DNA of 64,000 nucleotides from a virus (Duplodnaviria; Caudoviricetes): IMG/VR virus record IMGVR_UViG_2883526296_000003, positions 5,997 to 69,996 of that record; one strand, 5' to 3'. Shown piece by piece: positions 19,107 to 27,299 of this stretch (position 1 is its first letter; each line of letters starts with the position of its first letter). The notes under the pieces were generated by a model. It saw only the letters and a program-made list of their open reading frames with translations, ran no database searches and was not told where the DNA came from. The position numbers and the translations under genes were made by a program.

Positions 19107-19135
19107 AGTATATGAAAAAAATATCAATAGTGTTA
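19107..19135 (-). promoter_or_regulatory. sigK-like promoter for the Cys-rich peptide
   Basis: minus strand AC-N17-CATATACT shortly upstream of the RBS. Confidence 0.45.
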
Positions 19136-19216
19136 CTAAATAAAAACTTATCCAAGAAATGAGGTGGCCTTTGGACATACTCCGGGGGCTGGCAATTATA
19201 GAAAGTAGGTGAAAAC

Positions 19217-19944
19217 ATGAAAATAAAGGCGATAGCAAAGCTGTGTAAAGAATCCAAGTTCATACAGCTTATAGATGTCCCTTCTGGAAGTTCATGCAGA
19301 CAGTGGATAGGAAACGGTGGAGCGGCATATCCGATTACCGGCTTGCCGTACCTGGACGAGCAAAGCATCTATACGGTATTTGAGATTCCAGAAGACAAGC
19401 AAGAAAAAATTAAATTCATCCACCAGCAAAATCCGGGATTCTTTAATTTTGACGATACAGATAGGACTGAGATACAGGTGGAACTTTTAGGCGTGGGGGT
19501 TGACCTAGGAAGCAAGCTGATAAAGCCCTTACAGACAAGAAAAGGTATAGGCTTCTATGACACCAAGTACATGGCGCCGCTAGCAGATATAACCGTAGGT
19601 CGTGAGATTTACGAAAGAGAGACCGAGGGGGGCAAACCTACTTTGCAGTTAAGCAAGGCTTTTTAGTAAGAGGTATCATCATGCCGGTTGCAGCACTAGA
19701 CAAAGCTGTCGTACAAACCATGGAGTACATAGCAAGAGAAAGCCGACTGATTCTTGAAAAAGGAAAGCCAAAAGGCCAGCAAGAAATCAATCTTGAAACC
19801 GGAGAAATTGAAGAGGATAAATCCGAAGCATGTATGTGCGGAGTATGCGATGACTGCTGCGATTGTCCTGTAGAGGGGAATTGGGAACCTTGCGAAACAA
19901 ACCAACGCCTTTTGGACAGTAAGTTGGAGGAATTGAGGAGATAG
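19217..19944 (+). pseudogene. phage gene split by a frameshift at a G6 run (track ORFs 19217-19666 and 19681-19944)
   Basis: one extra G at 19627-19632 fuses the ORFs as ...ERETEGGQTYFAVKQGFLVRGIIMPVAAL... Confidence 0.6.
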
Positions 19945-20135
19945 CGGAGAGATAGCATGAAGAGAACACTTAAAAACTGCGGGATAATGAGAAAGCATGG
20001 CCAGGCAGAGGAGGTAGCAGCAGAAGCCGGGCCAAGTGAAGAGGAGAAATGACATGATATACAAATATTTTAATACCCATGCACCTATAACCAATCAAAA
20101 CTATTTGAATACAATAATAATTGGAGGTGCGCAAA

Positions 20136-20738
20136 ATGATGGAGAGTTATCAAATAGGTAAAGAACAGCAAGGCATAGACAATACAGTATTTACAGCAAG
20201 AATTATATGGCGAGATATAATCACCTGGTTACGTCAATATTTGATAGTAAAAACAATAAATGCAGACGTTGAATTGCAGCAGGAGACAACGAATGCCCTT
20301 CTTCTTCGAGCAGAGAACTTTGGAGATATGATAAGAACTTTCTTTGGTGATAAAGCAGCTGAAGTTTATCTGGAATTATTTTCTGAATACATTAAGTTAC
20401 TGATTAGTTTAATTGATGCACTAGCGGAAGGCAATTCCAGTAAAGCAGATGAAATTGTAAAACAAGTATATCAGAATGATGGCCAAAGAATTGAATTTCT
20501 TGCAGGACTAAATCCATATTGGGAGAAAAATACTTTGGAAAATTATATTTATACCTTTACCAACATGCTAGTCCAAGAAATGCTTGCTTTTACATCAAAA
20601 GAATATAAGAACAGCATTAGTATCCATAACAGGATTTTATCATACTCAACTAGTCTAAGTGATTTTATAGCACAAGGAATTAATGATTATTTTACATATA
20701 GCATTAGGCCATCTACTGGACTACTATCTGATGAATAA
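20136..20738 (+). CDS. all-helical moron protein, paralog of 24049-24621
   Basis: AT-rich; RIIWRDIITWLRQYL, FFG..A, FLAGLNPYW motifs. Confidence 0.7.
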   Translation: MMESYQIGKEQQGIDNTVFTARIIWRDIITWLRQYLIVKTINADVELQQETTNALLLRAENFGDMIRTFFGDKAAEVYLELFSEYIKLLISLIDALAEGNSSKADEIVKQVYQNDGQRIEFLAGLNPYWEKNTLENYIYTFTNMLVQEMLAFTSKEYKNSISIHNRILSYSTSLSDFIAQGINDYFTYSIRPSTGLLSDE

Positions 20739-21081
20739 AAAATAATAGAAGAAGTACTATCGCTTCTTTTATTAAAAAGAAGATGTACAAGCACTGCACT
20801 GAGCTGTTTTAAGTATGATATATCGCCAGATGAAGAGGAGGAGCAATTTTGAGAGACTGTCAAAAAAATTTTATAAAAACAACCCAGCAGCTCAGGAGCC
20901 CATCAAAGGGATTCGAGGACCTACCGGAAATTAAGCACCTACATACCTGTAAAGCCTCCAAGATAGGTCTGATAGTCACCCCAGAAACAGAGAAGGACAA
21001 CCAGGAGCTACACAAGGCCATAAGCCGGACCTGTAAGGACCATTGCTGCAAACATAAGCGACAAAAGAGGACGGGAACAAG

Positions 21082-21375
21082 ATGAGAAAACAACCTTACA
21101 AACCAAAATATCCAATCATAAAAAAGATTTTCCCAATATTCAGGTGGATACAATGCGATTATTGCGGATGCAAGTTTAAAAAAGAATACGGATGGGAGAT
21201 ATGGGTTAGAAGCGTATTTGCCAATATAGAAGCAGAACGCCGCTATAGTTGTATGACGTGTAACCCTGACGAAGAAACTGTCAAGAAGAGACTAGTACCT
21301 GATCCATTCCGCAACTACAGCATTGGGACAGGCAGAGCTAATATTGATGCAGCAGCTCTGCCAGATAAAGAATAA
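21082..21375 (+). CDS. hypothetical phage protein with CxxC pairs
   Basis: CDYC...CMTC. Confidence 0.5.
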   Translation: MRKQPYKPKYPIIKKIFPIFRWIQCDYCGCKFKKEYGWEIWVRSVFANIEAERRYSCMTCNPDEETVKKRLVPDPFRNYSIGTGRANIDAAALPDKE

Positions 21376-21542
21376 ACAAAATTCTACTGTTATATGTAAG
21401 AAAACAAAAAGCCTCTGGACAAGCTCCAGAGGCATAGCTATCGGCATTAAAAATAAGACATAAACCTATATAGGGACCCAAGCGCTCAGCATGAGCATTA
21501 AGACTTGCTAAGAGTATTAATAATTCGGAAATGGAGGTAGCC

Positions 21543-22367
21543 ATGCTTGTAGAAAAATTGACAACGGTGTGCGGAAGTACAATTTTTGTAAAAGTAAAAA
21601 TGCTTCGGGATTTTATCCAAGGCCAAAAGAGAAAAAAGAGAAAAAATCCTACGGCCGAGAAAGTAGCTGAGGTTAATCAGCGGCTAGCCGAAAAAGAACT
21701 GGCTATGATTTTAAATTTTAATTTCAAGCCCGGAGACCTGCATCTAGTTCTCACATACAAGCATTTACCCTCCAACGAGGAAGCACACAAGGCGCTGGAG
21801 AGATTTATAAAAAGATGCAGAGCATACATGAAGAGGCTTGGGAAAGAATTTAAAGCGGTTATTGCTACAGAGTATAAGCATAAGAGACTTCATCATCACA
21901 TCGTATGCTCCGCCGCCGAACTTGAAGAAATTATGAAAATTTGGAAGCAAGGGCATGTGAAGTGCTCCGTACTAGATATGTCTGGAGATTACAGAAGGCT
22001 AGCAGCATACCTTATCAAGGAGACTTCAAAGACATTTCGAGACCCAGATGCTTTCAGCAAGAGAAGATACAATACAACCAGGAACATACAAAAGCCGGTT
22101 ACAAAATCTGAGAAGGTATCAGCCTCCATGCTGTTAAGTAATCCGAAACCCATCAAGGGTTATTACATAGACCAAGACAGTGTATATAAAGGCGAGAATC
22201 CTTTTGATGAAAAACCTTATGTGGAATACGTGATGATCTCCGAGGATGCTGAAGCACCGAGACTGGTCACATGGAAGCGAGGGAAGAAGGCCCGAAAAGA
22301 AAATACATACAGCAAATGGCTTGTGAAGAATCTAAGCAAGCAGATTGAAATAGATATATCGTTTTAG
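21543..22367 (+). CDS. HUH-type rolling-circle replication-associated protein
   Basis: motif I HLVLTY, motif II LHHHIV, motif III LAAYLIKE. Confidence 0.75.
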   Translation: MLVEKLTTVCGSTIFVKVKMLRDFIQGQKRKKRKNPTAEKVAEVNQRLAEKELAMILNFNFKPGDLHLVLTYKHLPSNEEAHKALERFIKRCRAYMKRLGKEFKAVIATEYKHKRLHHHIVCSAAELEEIMKIWKQGHVKCSVLDMSGDYRRLAAYLIKETSKTFRDPDAFSKRRYNTTRNIQKPVTKSEKVSASMLLSNPKPIKGYYIDQDSVYKGENPFDEKPYVEYVMISEDAEAPRLVTWKRGKKARKENTYSKWLVKNLSKQIEIDISF

Positions 22368-22418
22368 CCCATAAGGCTTATTCGTCATGCAAAAAAAGAG
22401 AGGGGAAGTGAAGAGGTT

Positions 22419-22724
22419 ATGACAAAACAGGACTTAGAAAATCTTTACCAGCTCACAGGTGAGATACAGGACATAGAGAGACAGCTAAGCAAGCTAGAAG
22501 AAAAAGGCTCCAAGGACTATGTTGGCGATACCGTGAGGGACTACCGAAGCGGCCAAGGTATACCAATAACCATAAGAGGCTATCCAGAGCGTACATACAG
22601 GAGGCAGAGGAACCTCTCAAGAAAGTACCAGGCTATGGTCCAGGCCGAGAAAACAAAGCAGCGGGTAGTAGATAATTTTAAGTTTGAGCAGGTTACATAC
22701 TGCAAGGGGTTAGCTGGGAGGTGA
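22419..22724 (+). CDS. probable truncated RinA/ArpU-like late regulator
   Basis: L..L..L..EI.DIE.QL..LE...V.DTV N-terminus without a C-terminal sigma-like HTH. Confidence 0.4.
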   Translation: MTKQDLENLYQLTGEIQDIERQLSKLEEKGSKDYVGDTVRDYRSGQGIPITIRGYPERTYRRQRNLSRKYQAMVQAEKTKQRVVDNFKFEQVTYCKGLAGR

Positions 22725-22730
22725 TAGGCT

Positions 22731-23570
22731 TTGGTAGCGAGAGTATTTCCGAGGCGGACAAAAGCCACGCCGGATGATGACATGGCTTTCATAGGACCGC
22801 TTCCAAGAGAGATAGAGAAAAGCAATCCGGGAATTAAAGAAGTGCATATCAGTGTTACATTTACATACGACATCCCTAAGGCTGAAAAATTATATAAATC
22901 ATGGTCGCGGCTGGGGGTACCGATAGAAATGGGCGGCCCTGCTTTCGGAGACCGTAACGGAGACTTTGTACCCGGACAATACCTTAAACCCGGATATACA
23001 TTTACAAGTAGGGGATGCAATAACAAGTGTTGGTTCTGTTCTGCTTGGAGGGACACTAACGGATTAAGGGAATTAGAGATCAAGGACGGGTGGAATATCC
23101 TAGACGATAATATTTTAGGTACATCGGATCATCACTTTATGACGGTAATGGATATGCTTCATAGGCAACCTGAAAGACCTATCTTTACAGGTGGAATTGA
23201 GGCAAAGTTATTAAGGCCTTGGCAAGCGAAGCTGATGAAAGAAATCAAAACGAGGCGCCTGTATTGTGCTTATGACACACCGGACGACTATGAACCGCTT
23301 GTGGAGGCTGGAAAGATATTTAGGGCTGCCGGGTTTACAACAGCAAGCCATGTTTTAAGTTGTTACGTCTTGATTGGGTATAGGGGTGACACGTTTGAAA
23401 AGGCTAAAAGCCGATTGATTGATACGATCAGAGCGGGGTTCGTTCCATATGCTATGCTTTACAGAGATAAAGGGGGACAAGTTGACCCCGAGTGGAGAGC
23501 GTTTCAACGGGAGTGGTGCAGACCTCAGATTGTTGGGGTCAAAATGAGAGAATATGGGGGAGGTGATTGA
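22731..23570 (+). CDS. radical SAM family protein
   Basis: TSRGCNNKCWFC CxxxCxxC motif, ILDDNIL, CYVLIGY. Confidence 0.8.
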   Translation: MVARVFPRRTKATPDDDMAFIGPLPREIEKSNPGIKEVHISVTFTYDIPKAEKLYKSWSRLGVPIEMGGPAFGDRNGDFVPGQYLKPGYTFTSRGCNNKCWFCSAWRDTNGLRELEIKDGWNILDDNILGTSDHHFMTVMDMLHRQPERPIFTGGIEAKLLRPWQAKLMKEIKTRRLYCAYDTPDDYEPLVEAGKIFRAAGFTTASHVLSCYVLIGYRGDTFEKAKSRLIDTIRAGFVPYAMLYRDKGGQVDPEWRAFQREWCRPQIVGVKMREYGGGD

Positions 23571-23571
23571 C

Positions 23572-23979
23572 ATGACAAATATAAGGCCGATAAATGAAAA
23601 CAAGTATGGAATAAGCAAGCACCGATTCAGAGAGCTTTATTATTTCTGTCTTCAGTATCCTGAATGGCAGGAGGAGCTTAAGCATAACACAAATACCGTT
23701 GGAGCCATTATTACCGACGGGCTCCCGCACGGCAGTAATACTTCTGACAGCACAGCTATTCTGGCAGCCAGACGGGCAGATCTGCGGACGAAATGTGAGA
23801 TTATAGAAGAGACGGCCATCAAGGCAGATTCGGAGCTGCATGAGTACATTTTGAAAGCAGTGACCACGGAGAGAGCAAGTTTTAATTATCTCAAGATGAG
23901 GATGGGGCTCCCCTGTGAAAGAGATATGTATTATGATCGGCGACGGAAGTTTTACTGGCTGCTATCGCATGAGGTGTAA
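23572..23979 (+). CDS. probable late-gene transcriptional activator (ArpU/RinA-like)
   Basis: YGISKHRFRELYYFCLQY...YYDRRRKFYWLL; last early gene before packaging module. Confidence 0.6.
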   Translation: MTNIRPINENKYGISKHRFRELYYFCLQYPEWQEELKHNTNTVGAIITDGLPHGSNTSDSTAILAARRADLRTKCEIIEETAIKADSELHEYILKAVTTERASFNYLKMRMGLPCERDMYYDRRRKFYWLLSHEV

Positions 23980-24048
23980 TTTAGGGTTGGGCAAGGAACA
24001 AAGGAACTTTAATGATAATATATTGTATTAAAAAAAGGAGTTGTAAGA

Positions 24049-24621
24049 ATGATATCTATTAAACAGTTAGAGGATTCTGGTATCCCATCAAGTCAAGTGC
24101 CTTTGGTATTCGAATCAAGAATGCTCTGGAGAGATTTAACTACTTGGATCCAGGCATATTTAGTAAGTGTTTTTGCAGGTTTTGGTAATCAAAATTCAGT
24201 AGAAGAAAAAATAAGAACAGTTATTGTAAAATTTGGTAACAACTTAAGCACGGTCTTTGGAGGGGAAATCGGAGAACAATATATTGGGCTTATAACTAAT
24301 TGGATCAACACGTTTAAATTATTGGTAAATGCACAAATAAATGATGATGCTGATACAGTAAATGAATATATGAATCAGTTATACGAAAATATAAATCAAA
24401 TGGCTATTTTCCTATCAGAGATTAATCCATTTTGGGCGGAAAGTGAGTGGAAAGCTTTGTTATATCGATTTAATGAAATAATAATTGAACAGTTATCTGC
24501 ATTTTTGTATAAAGAATATACGAAAAATATAGAGGCATTTGATAAACTTCTAAATCTTACTTCCATAATTGGTAACTATTATTCAAAAGGCATGCTTAAT
24601 TACTTAACCTATTCAGGATAA
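24049..24621 (+). CDS. all-helical moron protein, paralog of 20136-20738
   Basis: RMLWRDLTTWIQAYL, VFG.E.G, FLSEINPFW. Confidence 0.7.
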   Translation: MISIKQLEDSGIPSSQVPLVFESRMLWRDLTTWIQAYLVSVFAGFGNQNSVEEKIRTVIVKFGNNLSTVFGGEIGEQYIGLITNWINTFKLLVNAQINDDADTVNEYMNQLYENINQMAIFLSEINPFWAESEWKALLYRFNEIIIEQLSAFLYKEYTKNIEAFDKLLNLTSIIGNYYSKGMLNYLTYSG

Positions 24622-24808
24622 TACATAATTAAAAAGCTAAAGCACTTCTTCTGATTTGTTTAATATTATATTGAGATAAAAATTGTTACTGAAAATTAAT
24701 GACCGCACACAGAGGACAACTTTATGTGTTTTAATGATATCAGTGAAAGTTACCAAGATTTCTCCTTTCATTCACATAAGTACCTCAGCCCGCTTCGGCG
24801 GGCACCCT

Positions 24809-24880
24809 GGCAGGGTAGCTCAGTTGGTAGAGCACTGGAAGCGCACAGTTGTCTCCGGTTCAAGTCCGGACCCTGCCCCA
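24809..24880 (+). tRNA. tRNA-like element with aberrant anticodon arm (identity unassignable)
   Basis: acceptor GGCAGGG/CCCTGCC, D arm GCTC-AGTTGGTA-GAGC, T arm TCCGG-TTCAAGT-CCGGA; anticodon arm only ACTG-GAAGCGCA-CAGT. Confidence 0.65.
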
Positions 24881-25165
24881 GACGGATAGATTGTAGGTTG
24901 TAAAGCAGTCGCAGCACATAACAACCTTCCGAGCGGATGCAAAACAATAGCGTAGAGTTGTTTAGGAAAAGTATCCTTGTTAGAGGTTGGCAGCCGGGAA
25001 TAGACCGGCAGACGCAATACGTGAGCATGAGCCAGCGTTAAATGCAAAGCGTTGAGGATAACACCCAGGTCTTGTACTAGGAGTGCAACCACAGCTGAAA
25101 TGCTGGGAGTCAAATATTTCCAGCAAAAGGCAACTACAGTAGGAATGTTGGGGTTGTCTTTTTTA
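24881..25165 (+). ncRNA. candidate multi-hairpin non-coding RNA
   Basis: AGGTTGT/ACAACCT, GGATGC/GTATCC enclosing AAACAA/TTGTTT, GCCGG-gaataga-CCGGC, GCTGGGA/TTCCAGC, final stem plus T6. Confidence 0.4.
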
Positions 25166-25569
25166 ATTGCCGTAACAGAGGAAAAAGCGCTTTTTAAACT
25201 CGTCCGGACGGAGCTTGAAAAAAAAGAGGACAGAATGACAAACCAAGTAAAGATTGAAATTTGAACATTTTACCCTCAAAGTTGAAAAAACTTTTTTTAT
25301 GCCTATATTTATATTTTGATTGAAACCGGTTTTTTTAAAAATAATCGCTAAAATCATAAATGCAATAAGCGTAATATCTACACTGAAATTTACACTGACG
25401 ATTAGTTGCATACTTCTTTCCCCTTTCTCGGACACAGGAATATTTTACATCATATTCCGAAAGAAGAGGATTATACTTAAAAAAATCCCAACAAAGGTTT
25501 GTCAGTATAATGTGTTGATATTTGTAATATTTGGGAGTATTATAAAAGGAAAAACGGGGAGGATTGAAA

Positions 25570-25686
25570 ATGAGATATGACCAAGAAGATCTTGCTAAAG
25601 CATTAGCGGAAGAAGGACGTTCGGGGGGAGAAATTGGAGAAATATTGGCACGCCTTAAAGAACTAGAAGAGGAAGATGACGACTGA
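25570..25686 (+). CDS. 38-aa acidic peptide (not in ORF track)
   Basis: GGAGG RBS; MRYDQEDLAKALAEEGRSGGEIGEILARLKELEEEDDD; hairpin after stop. Confidence 0.45.
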   Translation: MRYDQEDLAKALAEEGRSGGEIGEILARLKELEEEDDD

Positions 25687-25913
25687 ATTTTAAGGACCAT
25701 CCCAGCGGTGGTTCTTTTCTTATATCTGACGATAAGTATGGTATTAAGAAAAGTTGGTAATATTACTCCTTTTATCACATCTTTATAATTTCTGAGTTTT
25801 TTGTGGATATTTCATTATGGTGCATTATGGCGGATAATGTCGAGCGTATAGTGTTGAAGCCTAGAAGCTTTGGGGATATGATGAAATAAAAAAGGGAAAG
25901 GAGACTTGATTAC

Positions 25914-26126
25914 ATGGGTATTCGGGACATATTAAGCCTTATCAACGCAGGGGCTGACATCGTTATAGACATAAGTGAGCACGGCCAGGGGGATTTAATG
26001 TCTATGGCTAAGGCAGTCCATGATAAAAATTGCAGACTAACCATTAAAAATGCTAGCACAAGAGGGATGCAAGACCTGCGGAGCTTGGTGGATGTGGCAA
26101 AAGGAAACATTATTCTGGAACTATAA
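25914..26126 (+). CDS. small hypothetical moron protein
   Basis: AAGGAG RBS, 70 aa, followed by hairpin AAGAGCC-cctttaaa-GGCTCTT and T tract. Confidence 0.6.
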   Translation: MGIRDILSLINAGADIVIDISEHGQGDLMSMAKAVHDKNCRLTIKNASTRGMQDLRSLVDVAKGNIILEL

Positions 26127-26197
26127 GCTCAGGAACGAAGAGCCCCTTTAAAGGCTCTTTTTTATTACACAAAACGAAACGATTGAGAGGTGAGGTG

Positions 26198-26656
26198 ATG
26201 GCACTTAAGAAAACATGTACATGCGGTAAGCTTATAGACTACTCTGCGCCCTACTGCGATGAATGCCAGGCTAGAAGAAAGCAGGAGCAGGCAGCCAAGC
26301 ATAGGCGCTATGACAAACATATCCGTAATAAAGAGGCCGCAGCATTCTATAACTCTCCACAGTGGAAGCATGTAAGAGCAGAAGTAATACGCAACTATAA
26401 AGGCCTCGATTTCTATGAGTATTACATCAACAAGCAGATTGTATATGCGGACATGGTTCATCATATCGTGGAACTCAGTGAAGACTGGGAGCGGCGGCTT
26501 GACCCTCGCAACCTGATACCATTGGCACAGGAAGGTCAGGGCAACCACAGCATGATCCATAAGTTATACCTGAAAGATAAAATAAAAGCGCAGAAGCTGC
26601 TATTTAGCCTTCTGAACCAGTGGCAGCTTGAGTTTGGAGGGGGAGGGGGTACCTGA
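26198..26656 (+). CDS. HNH endonuclease (packaging-associated)
   Basis: FYNSPQWKHVR, MVHHIVEL..DWERRLDPRNLIPL; directly upstream of terS. Confidence 0.85.
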   Translation: MALKKTCTCGKLIDYSAPYCDECQARRKQEQAAKHRRYDKHIRNKEAAAFYNSPQWKHVRAEVIRNYKGLDFYEYYINKQIVYADMVHHIVELSEDWERRLDPRNLIPLAQEGQGNHSMIHKLYLKDKIKAQKLLFSLLNQWQLEFGGGGGT

Positions 26657-26716
26657 AAAGTTTTAGACCTCTCTACGGATGCCACTGTGCCTCCCTCGCT
26701 TGAAAAAAATTCCCAC
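26636..26716. other. probable cos region
   Basis: G-rich run, AAAAGTTTT and AAAAAAATTCCC between HNH and terS, the usual position in HNH/P27-type cos phages. Confidence 0.4.
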
Positions 26717-26742
26717 ATCAGTCTTTGAAGGAGGTGATCTTA

Positions 26743-27297
26743 ATGCCAACACCGGCAAAACCATATGCCGTACTCGTAACCGAAGGGAAATCCCATCGGA
26801 CGAAAGCGGAACTGGATAAACGAAAAAAAGGCGAAGACGCGCTAGCTACCGGCACGGCATTAAAGGAACGTCCGGAAGTAAAAAGGAATCCCACAGCACA
26901 CAAGGAATTTTCACGAATCAATAAGCTGCTCTTAGCGATTGAGAAAAATGATGCTATCTACGAGCCTGTAATCAACCGATACTGCATGATGCAGGCCGAA
27001 TGTCTGGACCTTGAAGTGAAGAGGGAAAAGATTTACGATCAAGCACAGAAGCTGGAAAAGATGCTGGATGATCTCGGTAGTGATGTAGAATTTGACGAGC
27101 TTCGAGCTGTCATTAGTGACTTGGGTAAAATATATGGAGCCATGCTGGCCATTGATAAGCAGGTGCAGTCCAAGCGCAAGATGCTTCTGGAGATTGAGAA
27201 GGAAAATGTTATGACAATTGCTGCGGCGCTGCGGACTATACCGAAAAAGACCGAGGAAAAAGAAGATCCACTCCTTAAAGTATTGCGGGGTGGTTAA
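26743..27297 (+). CDS. terminase small subunit
   Basis: position; MPTPAKP...SHRTKAEL..RK..E; INRYC; AGGAGGTG RBS. Confidence 0.75.
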   Translation: MPTPAKPYAVLVTEGKSHRTKAELDKRKKGEDALATGTALKERPEVKRNPTAHKEFSRINKLLLAIEKNDAIYEPVINRYCMMQAECLDLEVKREKIYDQAQKLEKMLDDLGSDVEFDELRAVISDLGKIYGAMLAIDKQVQSKRKMLLEIEKENVMTIAAALRTIPKKTEEKEDPLLKVLRGG

Positions 27298-27299
27298 AC

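Noticed and set aside
24683-25580. Overlapping short ORFs around the tRNA-like element
   Set aside because: No RBS or protein-like composition; better explained as RNA structure and intergenic DNA
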